DNA of 64,000 bases. Source: Octopus sinensis (lineage: Eukaryota). The stretch is taken from positions 11,656,001-11,720,000 of the forward strand of contig NC_043024.1 in the NCBI RefSeq assembly GCF_006345805.1. The letters run 5' to 3'. Below the pieces are notes generated by a model. The model was given only the letters and a program-made list of their open reading frames with translations. It did no database searches and was not told where the DNA came from. Position numbers and translations under genes: made by a program. Below are positions 1 to 13,821 of this stretch, piece after piece (position 1 is the stretch's first letter; each line of letters opens with the position of its first letter).

Positions 1-1068
1 CGAGTAAGTACACTGACATTTCACATCCATCGGAGCATACTGGCTTCGTTCCTCACGAGCTTACGCATGTCCTCAGCAGTCACGGCCCATGTTTCACTGC
101 CATGTAGCATAGCTGTTCGTACACATGCATCATACAGTCTGCCTTTTACTCTGAGCGAGAGGCCTTTAGTCACCAGCAGAGGTAAGAGCTCCCTAAACTT
201 TGCCCAGGCTATTCTTATTCTAGCAGTTACACTTTCAGCGCACCCGCCCCCACTACTGACTTGGTCACCTAGATAGCGGAAGCTATCAACTACTTCTAGT
301 TTTTCCCCCCGGAAAGTGACGGAAGTTGTTTTCTGCAGATTTTCGGAGGTCAATGCTCCAGAGCATCTGCCACATACAAAAACTATCTTCCCAGTTAGCC
401 TACCTTTGACATTGCTGCACCTCTTATGTGTCCATAGCTTACACTGGGTACATCTTATAGAGTTTCTACTACTACACCTTTTCTACAGATCAAGCAGGGC
501 CATCTTCCTGAGGATATTTGTGGATTTTCTAACTTTCTACTTATTAGTACTTTGGTTTTAGCTAGGTTGACTCTAAGGCCCCTCGATTCTAAACCTCCTC
601 CTTCCACACCTGGAACTTCTCCTCCAGTTCTGATAGTGACTCAGCGATTAGAGCGAGGTCGTCAGCATAGAGGAGCTCCCAGGGGCAACCTGTCTTGAAT
701 TCCTCCACAATTGCCTGGAGGACTATGATAAATAGGAGGGGGCTGAGTACTGAACCTGGTGGACCCCAACCTCTACCTTGAATTCTTCTGTGTACATGCT
801 GCCAACTCTAACCTTACTTACGGCATCTCTGTACATGGCTTGCACAGCCCTCACCAGCCATTCATCTATCCCTAGTTTCCTCATTGACCACCAGATGAGG
901 GATCGGGGGACCCTATCAAAGGCTTTCTCCATGTCAACGAAAGCCAGGTACAGGGGCTTATCTTTGGCTAGGTATTTCTCCTGCAGCTGCCTTACCAGGA
1001 ATATAGCATCAGTGGTGCTTTTCCCTGGGACAAACCCAAACCCAAACTGCATCTCATGCTTTTTTCCC
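1..1068 (-). mobile_element. RTE-clade LINE reverse-transcriptase fragment (broken)
   Basis: STTDAIFLVRQLQEKY..AFVDMEKAFDRVPR..GVHQ and FRYLG..YDACVRTAMLHGSETW motifs in broken frames. Confidence 0.9.
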
Positions 1069-1104
1069 TGACATATATATATATTATATATAATATAATA
1101 TTAT

Positions 1105-1137
<33 letters not shown>

Positions 1138-1138
1138 G

Positions 1139-1190
<52 letters not shown>

Positions 1191-1648
1191 TATATATATA
1201 TACATATAAATACTTTTTATCTTATATTAAACTTTTTAATACTTTTTGATAGTTATATATATTTAATAAAAAAAATATATAAAAATTTTTAAATATAAAT
1301 TAATAATTTTAATTTTAAATTTAAATAATTTAAATTTTTAAATTTTGTATTTTATATTTTATATATTTTGTATATTATATTAATTAATTCTATTTATATG
1401 TTTTGCTTTATGTTTTTCACTGTTTGATTTGCCTAATAGTGGTTTTATCTCTAATTTAATTTATATAAATACATATATATATATAGGAGTGGCTGTGTGG
1501 TAAGTAGCTTGTTTACCAACCACATGGTTCCGGGTTCAGTCCCACTGCGTGGCACCTTGGGCAAGTGTCTTCTACTATAGCCTCGGGCCGACCAAAGCCG
1601 TGTGAGTGGATTTGGTAGACGGAAACTGAAAGAAGCCTATCGTATATG

Positions 1649-1742
<94 letters not shown>

Positions 1743-1744
1743 GG

Positions 1745-2632
1745 ACGTAGTCAGCCCACCTGTGCATACCTTCCTTCTTGTGACACTTGTGAAGACCTGT
1801 TGAGGCAAGTGAAAATCAAAATCAAAATCAAAATCAAATCAAAACAAATCAAAATAGATGAACATTAATGGAATTTGTATCTTTGTGGTACCAGTGCCGG
1901 TGGCACACAAGAAAACCATCCGAACGTGGCCGTAGCCAGTACCGCATCGACTGGCCTCCATGCTGTGGGCACGTAACAAACACCATCCGATCGTGGCCGT
2001 TCGCCAGCCTCATCTGGCACCTATGTCGGTGGCACATAAAAAAAACCATCCGAAAACCCGGCAAGACTAGTCAGGCCATAACCCGTGGCCCTTACCTGGG
2101 ACGTAGTCAGTCCACCTGTGCTTACCTTCCTTCTTGTGACACTTGTGAAGACCTGTTGAGGCAAGTGAAAATCAAAACAAATCAAAATAGATGAACATCA
2201 ATGGAATTTGTATCTTTGTGGTACCAGTGCCGGTGGCACGTGGCACACAAGAAAACCATCCGAACGTGGCCATAGCCAGTACCGCATCGACTGGCCTCCG
2301 TGCTGTGGGCACGTAACACAGGTGCCTCATCTGGCACCTGTGTCGGTGGCACATAAAAACACCATCCGAGCGTGGCCGTCTGCCAGCCTCGTCTGGCACC
2401 TGTGTTGGTGGCACATAAAAAACACCATCCAGCGTGGCCGTTTGCCAGCCTCGTCTGGCACCTGTGTCGGTGGCACATAAAATCACCCACTACACTCTCG
2501 GAGTGGTTGGCGTTAGGAAGGGCATCCAGCTGTAGAAACACTGCCAGATCTGACTGGACTGGTGCAGCTTTCAGGCTCCCCAGACCCCAGTTGAACCGTC
2601 CAACCCATGCTAGCATGGAAAGCGGATGTTAA

Positions 2633-2664
<32 letters not shown>

Positions 2665-2665
2665 A
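1745..2665 (+). mobile_element. Non-coding interspersed repeat with internal ~60-bp tandem units and (GAT)n tail (further copies near 7040-7550, 8675-9205, 35200-35430)
   Basis: recurrent ggcacctgtgccggtggcac.. units and ccaacccatgc..gttaaa(tga)n 3' end. Confidence 0.7.
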
Positions 2666-3206
2666 TATGCGTGTGTGTGTTTGTGTGTCTGTGTTTGTTC
2701 CCCTAGCATTGCTTGACAACCGATGCTGGTGTGTTTATGTCTCTGTTACTTAGCGGTTCGGCAAAAGAAACCAATAGAAAAAGTACTGGGCTTACAAAAG
2801 AATAAATCCCGGGGTTGAGTTGTTTGATTAAAGGCAGTGCTCCAGCATGGCCACAGTCAAATGACTGAAACAAGTAAAGAGTAAATACAGTGGGGTGAAA
2901 TAAATATTTGTACATGTCAAAATTCTTTATTTATTTAATTTCTACTGAACATAAATGGGATATACCAATACTATATTTGCACACAGATGCATAAACTAAG
3001 AATATGCAAAAGAAACTAATAAATTATAGTAACTAAGGAATTTATATACGATCATAAATATTTAGGGGTGAAAAAAGTATTTGTACAGAATAAATTTATC
3101 ATTTTCTATGACACAAAATACTGTTCAAATACTTTTTTTACTAGAACTTTCTCATTTGTTCCAATAATCTTATCAGTTGTCATTTTTAAGTGTCATATAT
3201 TTACTC

Positions 3207-3615
3207 CTTTACTCTTTTACTTGTTTCAGTCATTTGACTGTGGCCATGCTGGAGCACCGCCTTTATTCAATCGAGCAAATCGACCCCAGGACTTATTCTT
3301 TGTAAGCCCAGTACTTATTCTATCAGTCTCTTTTGCCGAACCGCTAAGTTACGGGGACGTAAACACACCAGCATCGGTAGTCAAGCAATGCTAGGGGGAC
3401 AAACACAGACACACAAACACATACACACACACACATATATATATATACATATATACGACAGGCTTCTTTCAGTTTCCGTCTACCAAATCCACTCACAAGG
3501 CTTTGGTCGGCCCGAGGCTATAGCAGAAGACACTTGCCCAAGGTGCCATGCAGTGGGACTGAACCCGGATCCATGTGGCTGGTAAGCAAGCTACTTACCA
3601 CACAGCCACTCCTAT
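3207..3615 (-). mobile_element. tRNA-derived SINE family 1 (representative copy; others near 11180-11575, 15317-15842, 18048-18878, 19775-20220, 37090-37505, 47735-48330, 55036-55445, 58322-58720)
   Basis: head GGAGTGGCTGTGTGG (A box) ... GGTTCAGTCCC (B box), internal (TA)n/(TG)n, (GTAAAAGA)n tail, many near-identical copies. Confidence 0.85.
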
Positions 3616-3789
3616 GCCTATTTACATATATTTTTAATACAATACTACTTTAGACATATATATCTTCGTGAGAAATGTCTTTGAAAATAAATTTCATGCT
3701 ATTATTTCAAAATTCAGTCATCATCATCATCATCATCATCATTTAACGTCCGTTTTCCACGCTAGCATGGGTTGGACTCAGTATATATA

Positions 3790-4169
3790 CACTACCGTCA
3801 GAAATTAATTAGCACCCTTGATTTGCTCTTCACTCAAGGTATGTGCTGTCACCTAGTGGCCATATCTCGAACTATTGCTTTGTTGCGAGTTCACTGTTGC
3901 GCAGAACGATGACGTAACTTTGTTTGCAGAGCAGTTTGAGAGTCTACAGCCTTATGATGTTGACATAGCAGTGCAACAACAACTTGGAGTGCGGATGCAG
4001 ACAAATCTTCCTTTGTTTAATAGATATAGGTAGCGCCTCGCAAGGACCGAAATCACACCATACTAAGTTTTCTCATCGCGTAAGACGTTTTGAACAGCTC
4101 ATAGGTTAATTGATTTAACCTATTTAATGTAGAAATTTGAGAAGTGCTAATTAATTTCTGACGCAAGTG
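3790..4169. mobile_element. Tc1/mariner-type MITE
   Basis: imperfect ~26-bp TIRs cactaccgtcagaaattaattagcac / gtgctaattaatttctgacgcaagtg, TA on both sides, no ORF. Confidence 0.75.
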
Positions 4170-4416
4170 TAGGTTTTCACTTTGTCCCCATTTTGACCAT
4201 ACCATTCGAGTGTGATCATTACCAGCATCACCTTATTGGCACGTGAAATAACATTCAAGCGTGATTGTTGCCAGTGCCGCTGGACTGGCTCCTGTGCAGG
4301 TGGCATGTAAAAAACACCATTTGAGCGTGGCCGTTGCCAGTACCATCTGACTGGCCCCCGTGCCGGTGACATGTAAAAAGCACCCACTACACACTTGGAG
4401 TGGTTGGCGTTAGGAA

Positions 4417-5127
4417 GGGCCACAACTATGGTCACACTTGGCTTGGCGGGTCTACACAAGCCCAGTGTATCAACAAAGGACTTGGTCATATGTCATGGCC
4501 ACAACTATGGTCACACTTGGTTTGGTGGGTCTACACAAGCCCAGTGTATCAACAAAGGACTTGGTCATATGTCATGGCCACAACTATGGTCACACTTGGC
4601 TTGGCGGGTCTACACAAGCCCAGTGTATCGACAAAGGACTTGGTCATATGTCATGGCCACAACTATGGTCACACTTGGCTTGGCGGGTCTACACAAGCCC
4701 AGTGTATCGACAAAGGACTTGGTCATATGTCATGGCCACAACTATGGTCACACTTGGCTTGGCGGGTCTACACAAGCCCAGTGTATCGACAAAGGACTTG
4801 GTCATATGTCATGGCCACAACTATGGTCACACTTGGCTTGGCGGGTCTAACACAAGCCCAGTGTATCGACAAAGGACTTGGTCATATGTCATGGCCACAA
4901 CTATGGTCACACTTGGCTTGGCGGGTCTACACAAGCCCAGTGTATCGACAAAGGACTTGGTCATATGTCATGGCCACAACTATGGTCACACTTGGCTTGG
5001 CGGGTCTACACAAGCCCAGTGTATCGACAAAGGACTTGGTCATATGTCATGGCCACAACTATGGTCACACTTGGCTTGGCGGGTCTACACAAGCCCAGTG
5101 TATCGACAAAGGACTTGGTCATATGTC
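4417..5127. repeat. 79-bp minisatellite, 9 units
   Basis: acaactatgg recurs at 4422, 4501, 4580, 4659, 4738, 4817, 4897, 4976, 5055. Confidence 0.95.
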
Positions 5128-5201
5128 ACTGCCTCTGTGAGGCCCAAATGCTCGAACAGTGCTCTTTACATGCCATCAGCAAGGCTGTTTTTATTTAACT
5201 G

Positions 5202-5990
5202 TACACACACACATACACATACACATACACACACCCATATACACATACACACACATACACACACATACACACATACACACACATACACACACATTCACAC
5301 ACATACACACACATACACACATACACACACATACACACACATTCACTCACATACACATACACATACACATGCACACACATACACACACATTCCCTCACAT
5401 ACACACATATACACATACACACTTATACACACAACATACATGCACATTCACACAAACACACATACACACGCATACATACACACACATACATACACACACA
5501 TACACACACATACACACACACATACACACACATACACACACATACACACACATACACACACATACACACACAAACACACATACACACACATACACACACA
5601 TACACACACATACACACATACACACACATACACACACAAACACACATACACACACATACACACACATTCACTCACATACACACACATACACATACACACA
5701 CATACACACACATTCCCTCACATACACACACATACAAACACACATACACACACACATACACACACACATACACACACATACACACACATACACACACATA
5801 CACACACACAAACACACACACATACACACATACATACACACACAAACACACATACATACACACACACATACACACACACATATACACACATACACACACA
5901 TGCACACACAAACACACATACACACATATACACACTCATACACACACATACACACACTCATACACACACATACACACACACACACACACA
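5202..5990. repeat. Degenerate (CA)n/(CACATA)n microsatellite
   Basis: direct inspection. Confidence 0.95.
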
Positions 5991-6459
5991 AGTTGTGTTT
6001 AAACAGGATAATGAATCATACTTTTTATTACAACATATTCATACAAGCACTCGCCCTCATAATGTTAAACTAGGTTAAAAATCAGCTCCCAGCACCCAAG
6101 GCTAAGTACATGATATGTTTACACAACTGGTACTACGGATGACTGTGTGGGTCACATGTCGCCGGTAATTTGCTTAGTCTTGGTTTACCAAGTGTTAAAC
6201 AACAACAACAACAACAACAAGAACAAAAACTATTGAAAAGGTTGCAAGACGCAACGAAAATTTTAGGAAAATAAAAATAAGAAATGAGTGGAAATTTTAC
6301 CGGTGAGTGTGTTAAATAATAAAGCACTAAAAGAGAATGACTCTCCCCAGACACAACAGAATATGCTTCAACACACAAACTCACATAAAGAATCTTACAA
6401 ACCAAATCCAAAAATGAAACATAAAAACAACTATTAATAAAAATGGGAACAAAATTATT

Positions 6460-6560
6460 TAAAGGTATTTTTACAAATTTTATTTCAGTTTTCCTCCCCA
6501 GATGTGGTACAGATTTCTCTTTGTTTTCTGGGGTCTCTCCTGTATTATTAATATTTGTCT
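6460..6560 (-). other. Gene A probable terminal exon (first base completes TG|A stop; 3' UTR)
   Basis: strong acceptor attctcttttctctcattttatatttcag|A at 6560; AATAAA at 6479-6484 (minus); 3' boundary estimated. Confidence 0.65.
6479..6484 (-). terminator. Polyadenylation signal AATAAA of gene A
   Basis: about 80 nt into the predicted last exon. Confidence 0.55.
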
Positions 6561-7706
6561 CTGAAATATAAAATGAGAGAAAAGAGAATATTATGTAAAC
6601 TCCTCTCACTATTTTGACTTGTGTTTATTTTATTGTCCCCAGGAAGATATAAAGGGATAAAAAGGATCAATGTAATTATTTTAGTCCCCTGTACTATTGA
6701 TAATTTGTTAAAAATAAAATAATGGTTTATTCTTATGTTGGAAATCTGTATGCATTTGAAGAGAGCGTTGGTCTAGTTCAAATTGATGTAATGTCTTCAT
6801 TGATCAATTAAATGGAACTGCTTGAAATGGCCATAATACACTGATACCTGGACACCTCTTTCATCTGCATGATATGACCATATTAGCACCGCCTTCTCTC
6901 TTGTACACCACATCTGATGCATCCTACATCCAATATTTCTTTCAACCCATTTGTACTTTGCTGTACATGCAAACACAACAATGACAACAACAATGACGAT
7001 GATGACGATGATGATGACAATCAGCGTCGCCTTACTGGCACTTGTGCTGGTGGCACATATAAAAAACATTCGAGCGAGGTCGTTGCCAGTGCCGCTGGAC
7101 TGGCTCCTATGCAGGTCGCACATAAAAAGCACCATTTGAGCGTGGCCGTTGCCAGTACCGCCTGACTGGCCCTCGTGCCAGTGGCACGTAAAAGCACATA
7201 CTACACTCTCAGAGTGGTTGGCGTTAGGAAGGGCATCCAGCTGTAGAAACTCTACCAGATCAGATTAAAGCCTGGTGCAGCCATCTGGTTCGCCAGTCCT
7301 CAGTCAAATCGTCCAACCCATGCCAGCATGGAAAGCAGACGTTAAATGATGATGATGATGATTATTATGTAATTTGAACCCTTTATCATTTGTGGTTGGC
7401 ATTAGGAAGGACATCCAGCTGTAGAAACTCTGCCAGATCAAGACTGGAGCCTGGTGCAGCCATCTGGTTCGCCAGTCCTCAGTCAAATCGTCCAACCCAT
7501 GCTAGCATGGAAAGCGGACGTTAAACGATGATGATGATGATGATGATGATGACTACACAACAACAAATTCTAAATGGATCAACTTCCGGATGTTTCCATT
7601 GGTTGCCCCCTCATTGAAAACCCATTTTATATACAGTGTTAGAGTTTCCTTTAACTTACTGAACAATATCAAAACAGCTTTCTGGCCGATGTTTTTGAAG
7701 ACTTAC

Positions 7707-7836
7707 CAAGGATGTTGTATGAGAGGGCAGGGCTTCATCGTACAGGCTGCTTGTCCAGAAGGGCCACATATACATAGATTGCAGTCTTTCTTGAAGCTGT
7801 CTCCGACATTGTAGTGTTTGTGGTTGTAAGTACAAC
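7707..7836 (-). CDS. Gene A exon 4, pacifastin-like domain A3 (GCTYNHKHYNVGDSFKKDCNLCICGPSGQAACTMKPCPLIQHP)
   Basis: ttctttcag| acceptor, TG|gtaagt donor, 130 nt (phase 1 to 2), six-Cys motif. Confidence 0.92.
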
Positions 7837-8054
7837 CTGAAAGAATTATACATAAAGTTTCGTAAATGTCAATACAAGTATGATGTAGGATTTTAAAAGA
7901 AGCATTTAGTGATATTTTTGAGTGGTGCCTTCTATATCATCAATTCATCCAAAATTTAGAACAAAAGATTTCACCAACAAAAGCTTTGTTCAATCTTGAG
8001 CATCAAATAGGAACAATATATGACAAACATCAAAGTCCTGAAAAGATATATATA

Positions 8055-8100
<46 letters not shown>

Positions 8101-8145
8101 ATATATATATATATTATATATATATATATTATATATATATATATA

Positions 8146-8659
8146 CTAGCAGTATCGCCCGGCGTTGCTCGGGTTTGTAAGGGAAATAACTATATAAGCA
8201 TTTTTAGAGAGTTACGTCCCTTATAGATGCCAATTCGGGCTTTCTTAGCCATTTCTGTTTTGGTGTTTTCAAGCCATGAAGTCGTTGTTCTAAAAGAACG
8301 CTGGTCTCCTTGACAACGCTTTACGACGTTGATTTCCTTACACTCCCTTCCCCACAGCTTCACGAGGGAGGGAAGAAGGGGGAGAAGCAACACAGGTGCA
8401 GGTGTGACCATGGACGCCAACTCCGCCGCCATCGACACACGGAAAATTATGCATTAAAATGGAATAAAAAATGATGTTAAATTATTTTTTAAATCGTAGA
8501 CTCATCGTAGACGCGCGCTAATACTCAGACGGGCTCGATATGAATCACGACTATAAGATACCTGAATTTGGTTAAACTGCACTGCAAAATGTGGGAGGAG
8601 TTAGAAATCTAAATCGAAGGGGACAGACACTCACACAACTACAGTTTTATATATATAGA
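8146..8659 (-). mobile_element. Non-autonomous Helitron-like element
   Basis: minus strand starts TCTATATAT.. and ends in hairpin CCCGAGCAACGCCGGG + CTAG. Confidence 0.7.
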
Positions 8660-9208
8660 TATGTATATATATACATGTTGTGAAGACCTGTTGAGGCAAG
8701 TGAAAATCAAAATCAAAATCAAAATCGATCAACAGCAATGGAAATTGTAGCTGTGATACCAATGCCGGTGGTACGTAAGAGAACCATCCGAACGTGGCTG
8801 TTGCCAGTGCCGCCCTGACTGGCCTCCATGCCGGTGGCCCGTAAAAAGCACCATCCATTCGTGGCCGTTGCCAGCCTCGCCTGGCCTCCGTGCCGGTGGC
8901 ATGTAAAAAGCACCATCTGATCGTGGCCGTTTGCCAGCCCCATCTGGCACCTGTGCCAGTGGCATGTAAAAAGCACCATCTGATCGTGGCCGTTTGCCAG
9001 CCTCATCTGGCACCTGTGCCGGTGGCATGTAAAAAGCACCCACTAAACTCATGGAGTGGTTGGCATTAGGAAGGACATCCAGCTGTAGAAACTCTGCCTG
9101 ATCAGATTGGAGCCTGGTGCAGCCTTCTGGCTTCCCAGACCCCAGTTGAACCGTCCGACCCATGCCAGCATGAAAGCGGACGCTAAACGATGATGATGAT
9201 GATATATA

Positions 9209-9555
9209 AAGGTAAAGACCCCCTTCGGTCATGAATGACCATGGGATTGCACCTAGAAAGTTACCCTCCTAGACACAAGTCCGGGCAAGGTTGTTTATGG
9301 AAGACCAGCAGTCGCCCATGTATACCAGCCTCCCCTCTCCACGCTACCAGTGTTATCCAAGGGGAAGGCAAAGGCCGATACAGCTTGGCACCGGTGATGT
9401 CACCATAACTGATTTATACAGGTGAGTGAACTGAAGCAACGTGAAAATAAAGTGTCTTGCTCAAGAACACAACACGCAGCCCGGTCCGGGATTCGAGCTC
9501 ACAACCTCACGATCGTAAGCTCAACGCTCTAACCACTGAGCCATGCACCTTCATA
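9209..9555 (-). mobile_element. tRNA-derived SINE (different family)
   Basis: head GGCTCAGTGGTTAGAGC..CTCGAATCCCGG A/B boxes followed by non-tRNA body. Confidence 0.7.
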
Positions 9556-10261
9556 TATACATACACAAGTATTGAGGATGTAATTTCCTTGTAAGGGATT
9601 ATCTATGACAATCTGGATTCCAACTGGTGTTATCAAATATATTGAAAGAAAGTTCCACAATGTATATATATATATATAAACAGTCCAATAATGTGTAAAG
9701 TTAATAAAAGAAAATGGAGAAGAAAAAATATTGTGGATATTTGGTTAAATTTATTTGTATCACAATGGAAAAGTAATACATACAGACTCGGGATATAAAG
9801 GGACCGGATCAACAAAAAGAAATAACCAAAAATATCCTACATATGTTTCAATCAGGCTTTACGTTTGAATTATGAGCATTCAAGTTATTTTAGATATAAA
9901 AGGAAAAAACATATTTAGTTGGATGCCTTCAGGGATAGATGTGTACTTTCAGGTGCTGAACAATGGAATAAACTAAGGTGAGGACCGTGTTTCCAAATAT
10001 TCAAACAATAATTTATTAGGATGGTGAGTTCATGTAGGGAGATACTATACAATGAAATTTTGCTAAAATACTATAATGTATTTGAAAAATATACATATAT
10101 GGGATTAAGGGACATGAAGAAGTTGAAGTCATTTAATTATAATATGGGATGCTATGGGGCTGTTAAGGGTGTTAAAGACAGAATAAGGGCTGAGATGGAT
10201 TTTTGAGGGGAAAAAACAAATGATTTGGGGAAATAAAAGAGAAAAATAACTTTATATATAT

Positions 10262-10315
<54 letters not shown>

Positions 10316-10319
10316 TGTG

Positions 10320-10960
10320 TACAGTGCTCAGGTGCACTACAACTCATCTAAAGTGTATATATAATCAGGTGTAGTTTCGGCGGATTTCGGAAAGCATGAG
10401 GGCCTTAAAGGATGCAGTGTCATGGCAGTCAACAACTGACGCAGGCAGTTTATTCCATGCTTCAGCAACTCTGAGCGTGAAAAAATGTTTCCGAAAGTCA
10501 TGGGAGCTGTGTTGTTTTCTGACTTTGTAGGCATGTCCACGTGTGTTAGACACATAGAGATCAAAAAGGTGTTCAGTGTTGTTGTTGGTGAGGTGGTTGA
10601 TAACTTTGTGGGTGTGTACCAAGTCCGTCGCCAGACGCCGGAGCTTCAGTGAATCCATGCCCAGGGAAACAAGGTGCTCAGAATATGGTAGGTGTCTGAT
10701 GGAGAGTATGCGTTTGGTTGCACGTCTCTGGACAGATTCCAGGAGGTCAATGTTCTGAGCAAGATAGGGGTTCCAAACTGATGATGCGAATTCCAAGTGT
10801 GGTTGTACCATAGCTGTATACAGTTTTAAATAGATGGCTGGAGAGCGGCTAACAAAAGTCTTGCTGAGTGATGCCAAGACACCCTCGGCCTTCTTGACAA
10901 TTTTAGAGATATGCTTTGTCCAACACAAATCACTGCTGACAGTGATGCCTAGGTCACTAT
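10320..10960 (-). mobile_element. CR1/L2-like LINE 3' fragment
   Basis: ORF 10365-10928: PHLEFASSVWNPY..LESVQRRATK..LRRLATDL..TRGH..FFTLRVAEAWNKLP. Confidence 0.85.
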
Positions 10961-11377
10961 GATTACTATTAATTATTTATCATTTCTATGCATCAACATA
11001 TACATTCTAATATTCAGAGAAAAATTATTGTTTATATACTACAGAGAGGAATATAAATATTTATGAAAAATGGTAAGTGTATAGAGAGAAAAGTAGATTT
11101 TATGAGGGGAAAAAAAAACGAAAAGGGACAAAGTGGGATAAAAACAAATATAATTTTTTATGTATGCTCTCTTTTACTCTTTTACTTGTTTCAGTCATTT
11201 GACTGCGGCCATGCTGGAGCACCGCCTTTAGTCGAGCAAATTGACCCCGGGACTTAATCTTTGTAAGCCCAGTACTTATTCTATCGGTCTCTTTTGCCAA
11301 ACCGCTAAGTAACGGGGACGTAAACACACCAGCATCGGTTGTCAAGCAATGCTAGGGGGACAAACACAGACACACAA

Positions 11378-11408
<31 letters not shown>

Positions 11409-12009
11409 CATATATGAGACAGGCTTCTTTCAGTTTCCGTCTACCAAATCCACTCACAAGGCATTGGTCGGCCCGGGGCTATAGCAGAAGACATTTGCGC
11501 AAGATGCCACGCAGTGGGACTGAACCCGGAACCATGTGGCTGGTTAGCAAGCTACTTACCACACAGCCACTCCGGTATACAAAAAATAATGGATTAAGAA
11601 ATAAAAAAGAAGAGGAAAAATTTTATCTATATTATACTATGATATTGTTTTTAGAATAAAACTTAATCCTAGTAATCTAGGATAACTAGTAATCTCCTTT
11701 TGTATATATATATATATATTCTGTTTAACCATGAAATAAGTATTATAGATTATTTTATAAAGTTGGGATAAGTTTGGTATTAGAGCTTTTGAATGTTATA
11801 ATCTCAAATTTGAGAGATCAATGGATTAAATTTATACTTATATTATGGTATTAAATATGGTTTATATGATGAGTGTTCTAATAAATAAGTGTGGTGATAT
11901 CATGGATTTAAACTATGGGATATATGGGTATCCAGAATATGGAAAATTTTAAGAGATGGAATATTGAATTTACTGCTGAGAACTAATATACAATTTATAA
12001 TTTCAATGT

Positions 12010-12334
12010 TGGCAGGAGTGGCTGTGTGGTTCTGGGTTCAGTCCCACTGTGTGGCACCTTGGGCAAGTGTCTTCTGTTATAGCCTCGGGCCAACCGAAGC
12101 CTTGTGAGTGGATTTGGTAGACGGAAACTGAAAGAAACTCGTCGTATATATGTATGTATATATATATATAGGTGCAGGAGTGGCTGTGTGGTAAGTAGCT
12201 TGCTTACGAACCATATGGTTCTGGGCTCAGTCCCACTGCGTGGCACCTTGGGCAAGTGTCTTCTACTATACCTCAGGCTGATCAAAGCCTTGTGAGTGGA
12301 TTTGGTTGATAGAAACTGAAAGAAGCCCGCCGTA

Positions 12335-12369
<35 letters not shown>

Positions 12370-12530
12370 GCGCAGGAGTGGCTGTGTGGTAAGTAGCTTG
12401 CTTACGAATCACATGGTTCCGGGTTCAGTCCTACTGCGTGGTTTCTTAGGCAAGTGTCTTCTACTATAGTCTCGGGCCGATCAAAGCCTTGTGAGTGGAT
12501 TTGGTAGATGGAAACTGAAAGAAGCCCGTC

Positions 12531-12618
<88 letters not shown>

Positions 12619-12745
12619 TATATATAGGCGCAGGAGTGGCTGTGTGGTAAGTAGCTTGCTTACGAACCACATGGTTCCGGGTTCAGTCCTACTGCGAGGC
12701 TCCTTGGGCAAGTGTCTTCTACTATAGTCTCGGGCCGACCAAAGA
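12010..12745 (+). repeat. Four tandem SINE family-1 heads separated by (TA)n
   Basis: head repeated near 12010, 12170, 12368, 12625. Confidence 0.85.
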
Positions 12746-12746
12746 C

Positions 12747-13165
12747 AGATCATGAAAGACCATCTTCAATGGTCAGGACATGTAGCAACAATGGATATAT
12801 CTAGGCTCTTAAGCCTAGTCTTATTTCAAGCTCACTTCAAGAAAAAGACCATAGGGTTGCTCTCATGAATAACTCAAAACAATAACTGAATGCCAATGGA
12901 CTTGGGCCTAAATTATTTGAGACACAAGCCCGAGATTGTACCAAGTGTCGGTGTTCCGTCATCATTGGAACCAAAATCTTTGAAACCACCAGAGGGAAAA
13001 GGAAGAAATCAAACATCAGGAGAGAAAGGCTTGACAAAAATCAGCCTCATCTTCCTCCACCAACATTACCGTGCCAGTCAATGCCATCGACTCTTCTATG
13101 CAAGAATTGGTCTCCAGAGTCATTAAGGGCATCACCAAGGAAGCATTCAGCAAAAAAGAAACTAG
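12747..13165 (+). mobile_element. RTE LINE extreme 3' fragment
   Basis: LQWSGHVATM.. and C-terminal CHRLFYARIGLQSH zinc-finger-like motif. Confidence 0.75.
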
Positions 13166-13591
13166 ATTTGGTAGACGGAAACTGAAAGAAGCCCATCATA
13201 TATATGTATATGTATATATGTATATATGTATAATACATACTAATACATACACCAAACCTATACATACACACGTCCAGACCTCTCATACGCACTAATACTC
13301 TCTCATACACACACACACACACACCCTTATACATACTAATACATACTAATACATACACCAACCCTATACATACACACGTCCAGACCTCTCATACGCACTA
13401 ATACTCTCTCATACACACACACCCTTATGTTGGAGCTGGCCATTCAACCCTATTATCTCCCCTAATTTCGCTCTCGCGTCTCATGTTTGATCTTTGACTT
13501 CTGGCCGAAATCAGATCGCCATGTTGATTCGTTAGTTACTGTACGCATTTTTTTTCTCTCCTTCTTTCTGTGTTTTTTTTCTCTCTGTGTA

Positions 13592-13629
13592 TCTTTCTGT
13601 TGAAGAGCGTAGGCTCGAAACGTTAAAGA
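13592..13629 (+). ncRNA. Atypical minimal hammerhead-like motif in a Penelope pLTR-like repeat (about 13430-13730)
   Basis: stem I TCTTT/AAAGA, core CTGTTGA, stem II GAG-CGTAGG-CTC, GAAA, palindromic ACGT stem III, putative GUU site. Confidence 0.45.
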
Positions 13630-13821
13630 CTTGTTTTATTTATATTTCCTGAGCGCCATACTAATACAATTGTTTGTTTGTTTTCCACCTGCCTTCGTCT
13701 TTTGTCTATTTTCATAAAGCTTCCTGTTATATATGTATGTGTGTGTATATGTTTGTGTGGCTGTATATATAAAAGAATATTAGAATAAGAGAACCAAGGA
13801 ATACAAGAACTGTACCTTTAC

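Noticed and set aside
4417-5127. Possible CRISPR-like array
   Set aside because: Units are contiguous and identical with no unique spacers; eukaryotic context, no cas genes.
4395-6078. Long ORFs (151-546 aa) over the 79-bp minisatellite and CA tract
   Set aside because: The unit length is not a multiple of 3, so the same peptides rotate through all frames; this is a repeat artefact.
9470-9555. tRNA gene candidates in SINE heads (also 45570, 53862, 57259)
   Set aside because: A/B boxes are present but acceptor stems are incomplete and the sequence runs into repeat bodies; these are tRNA-derived SINEs.
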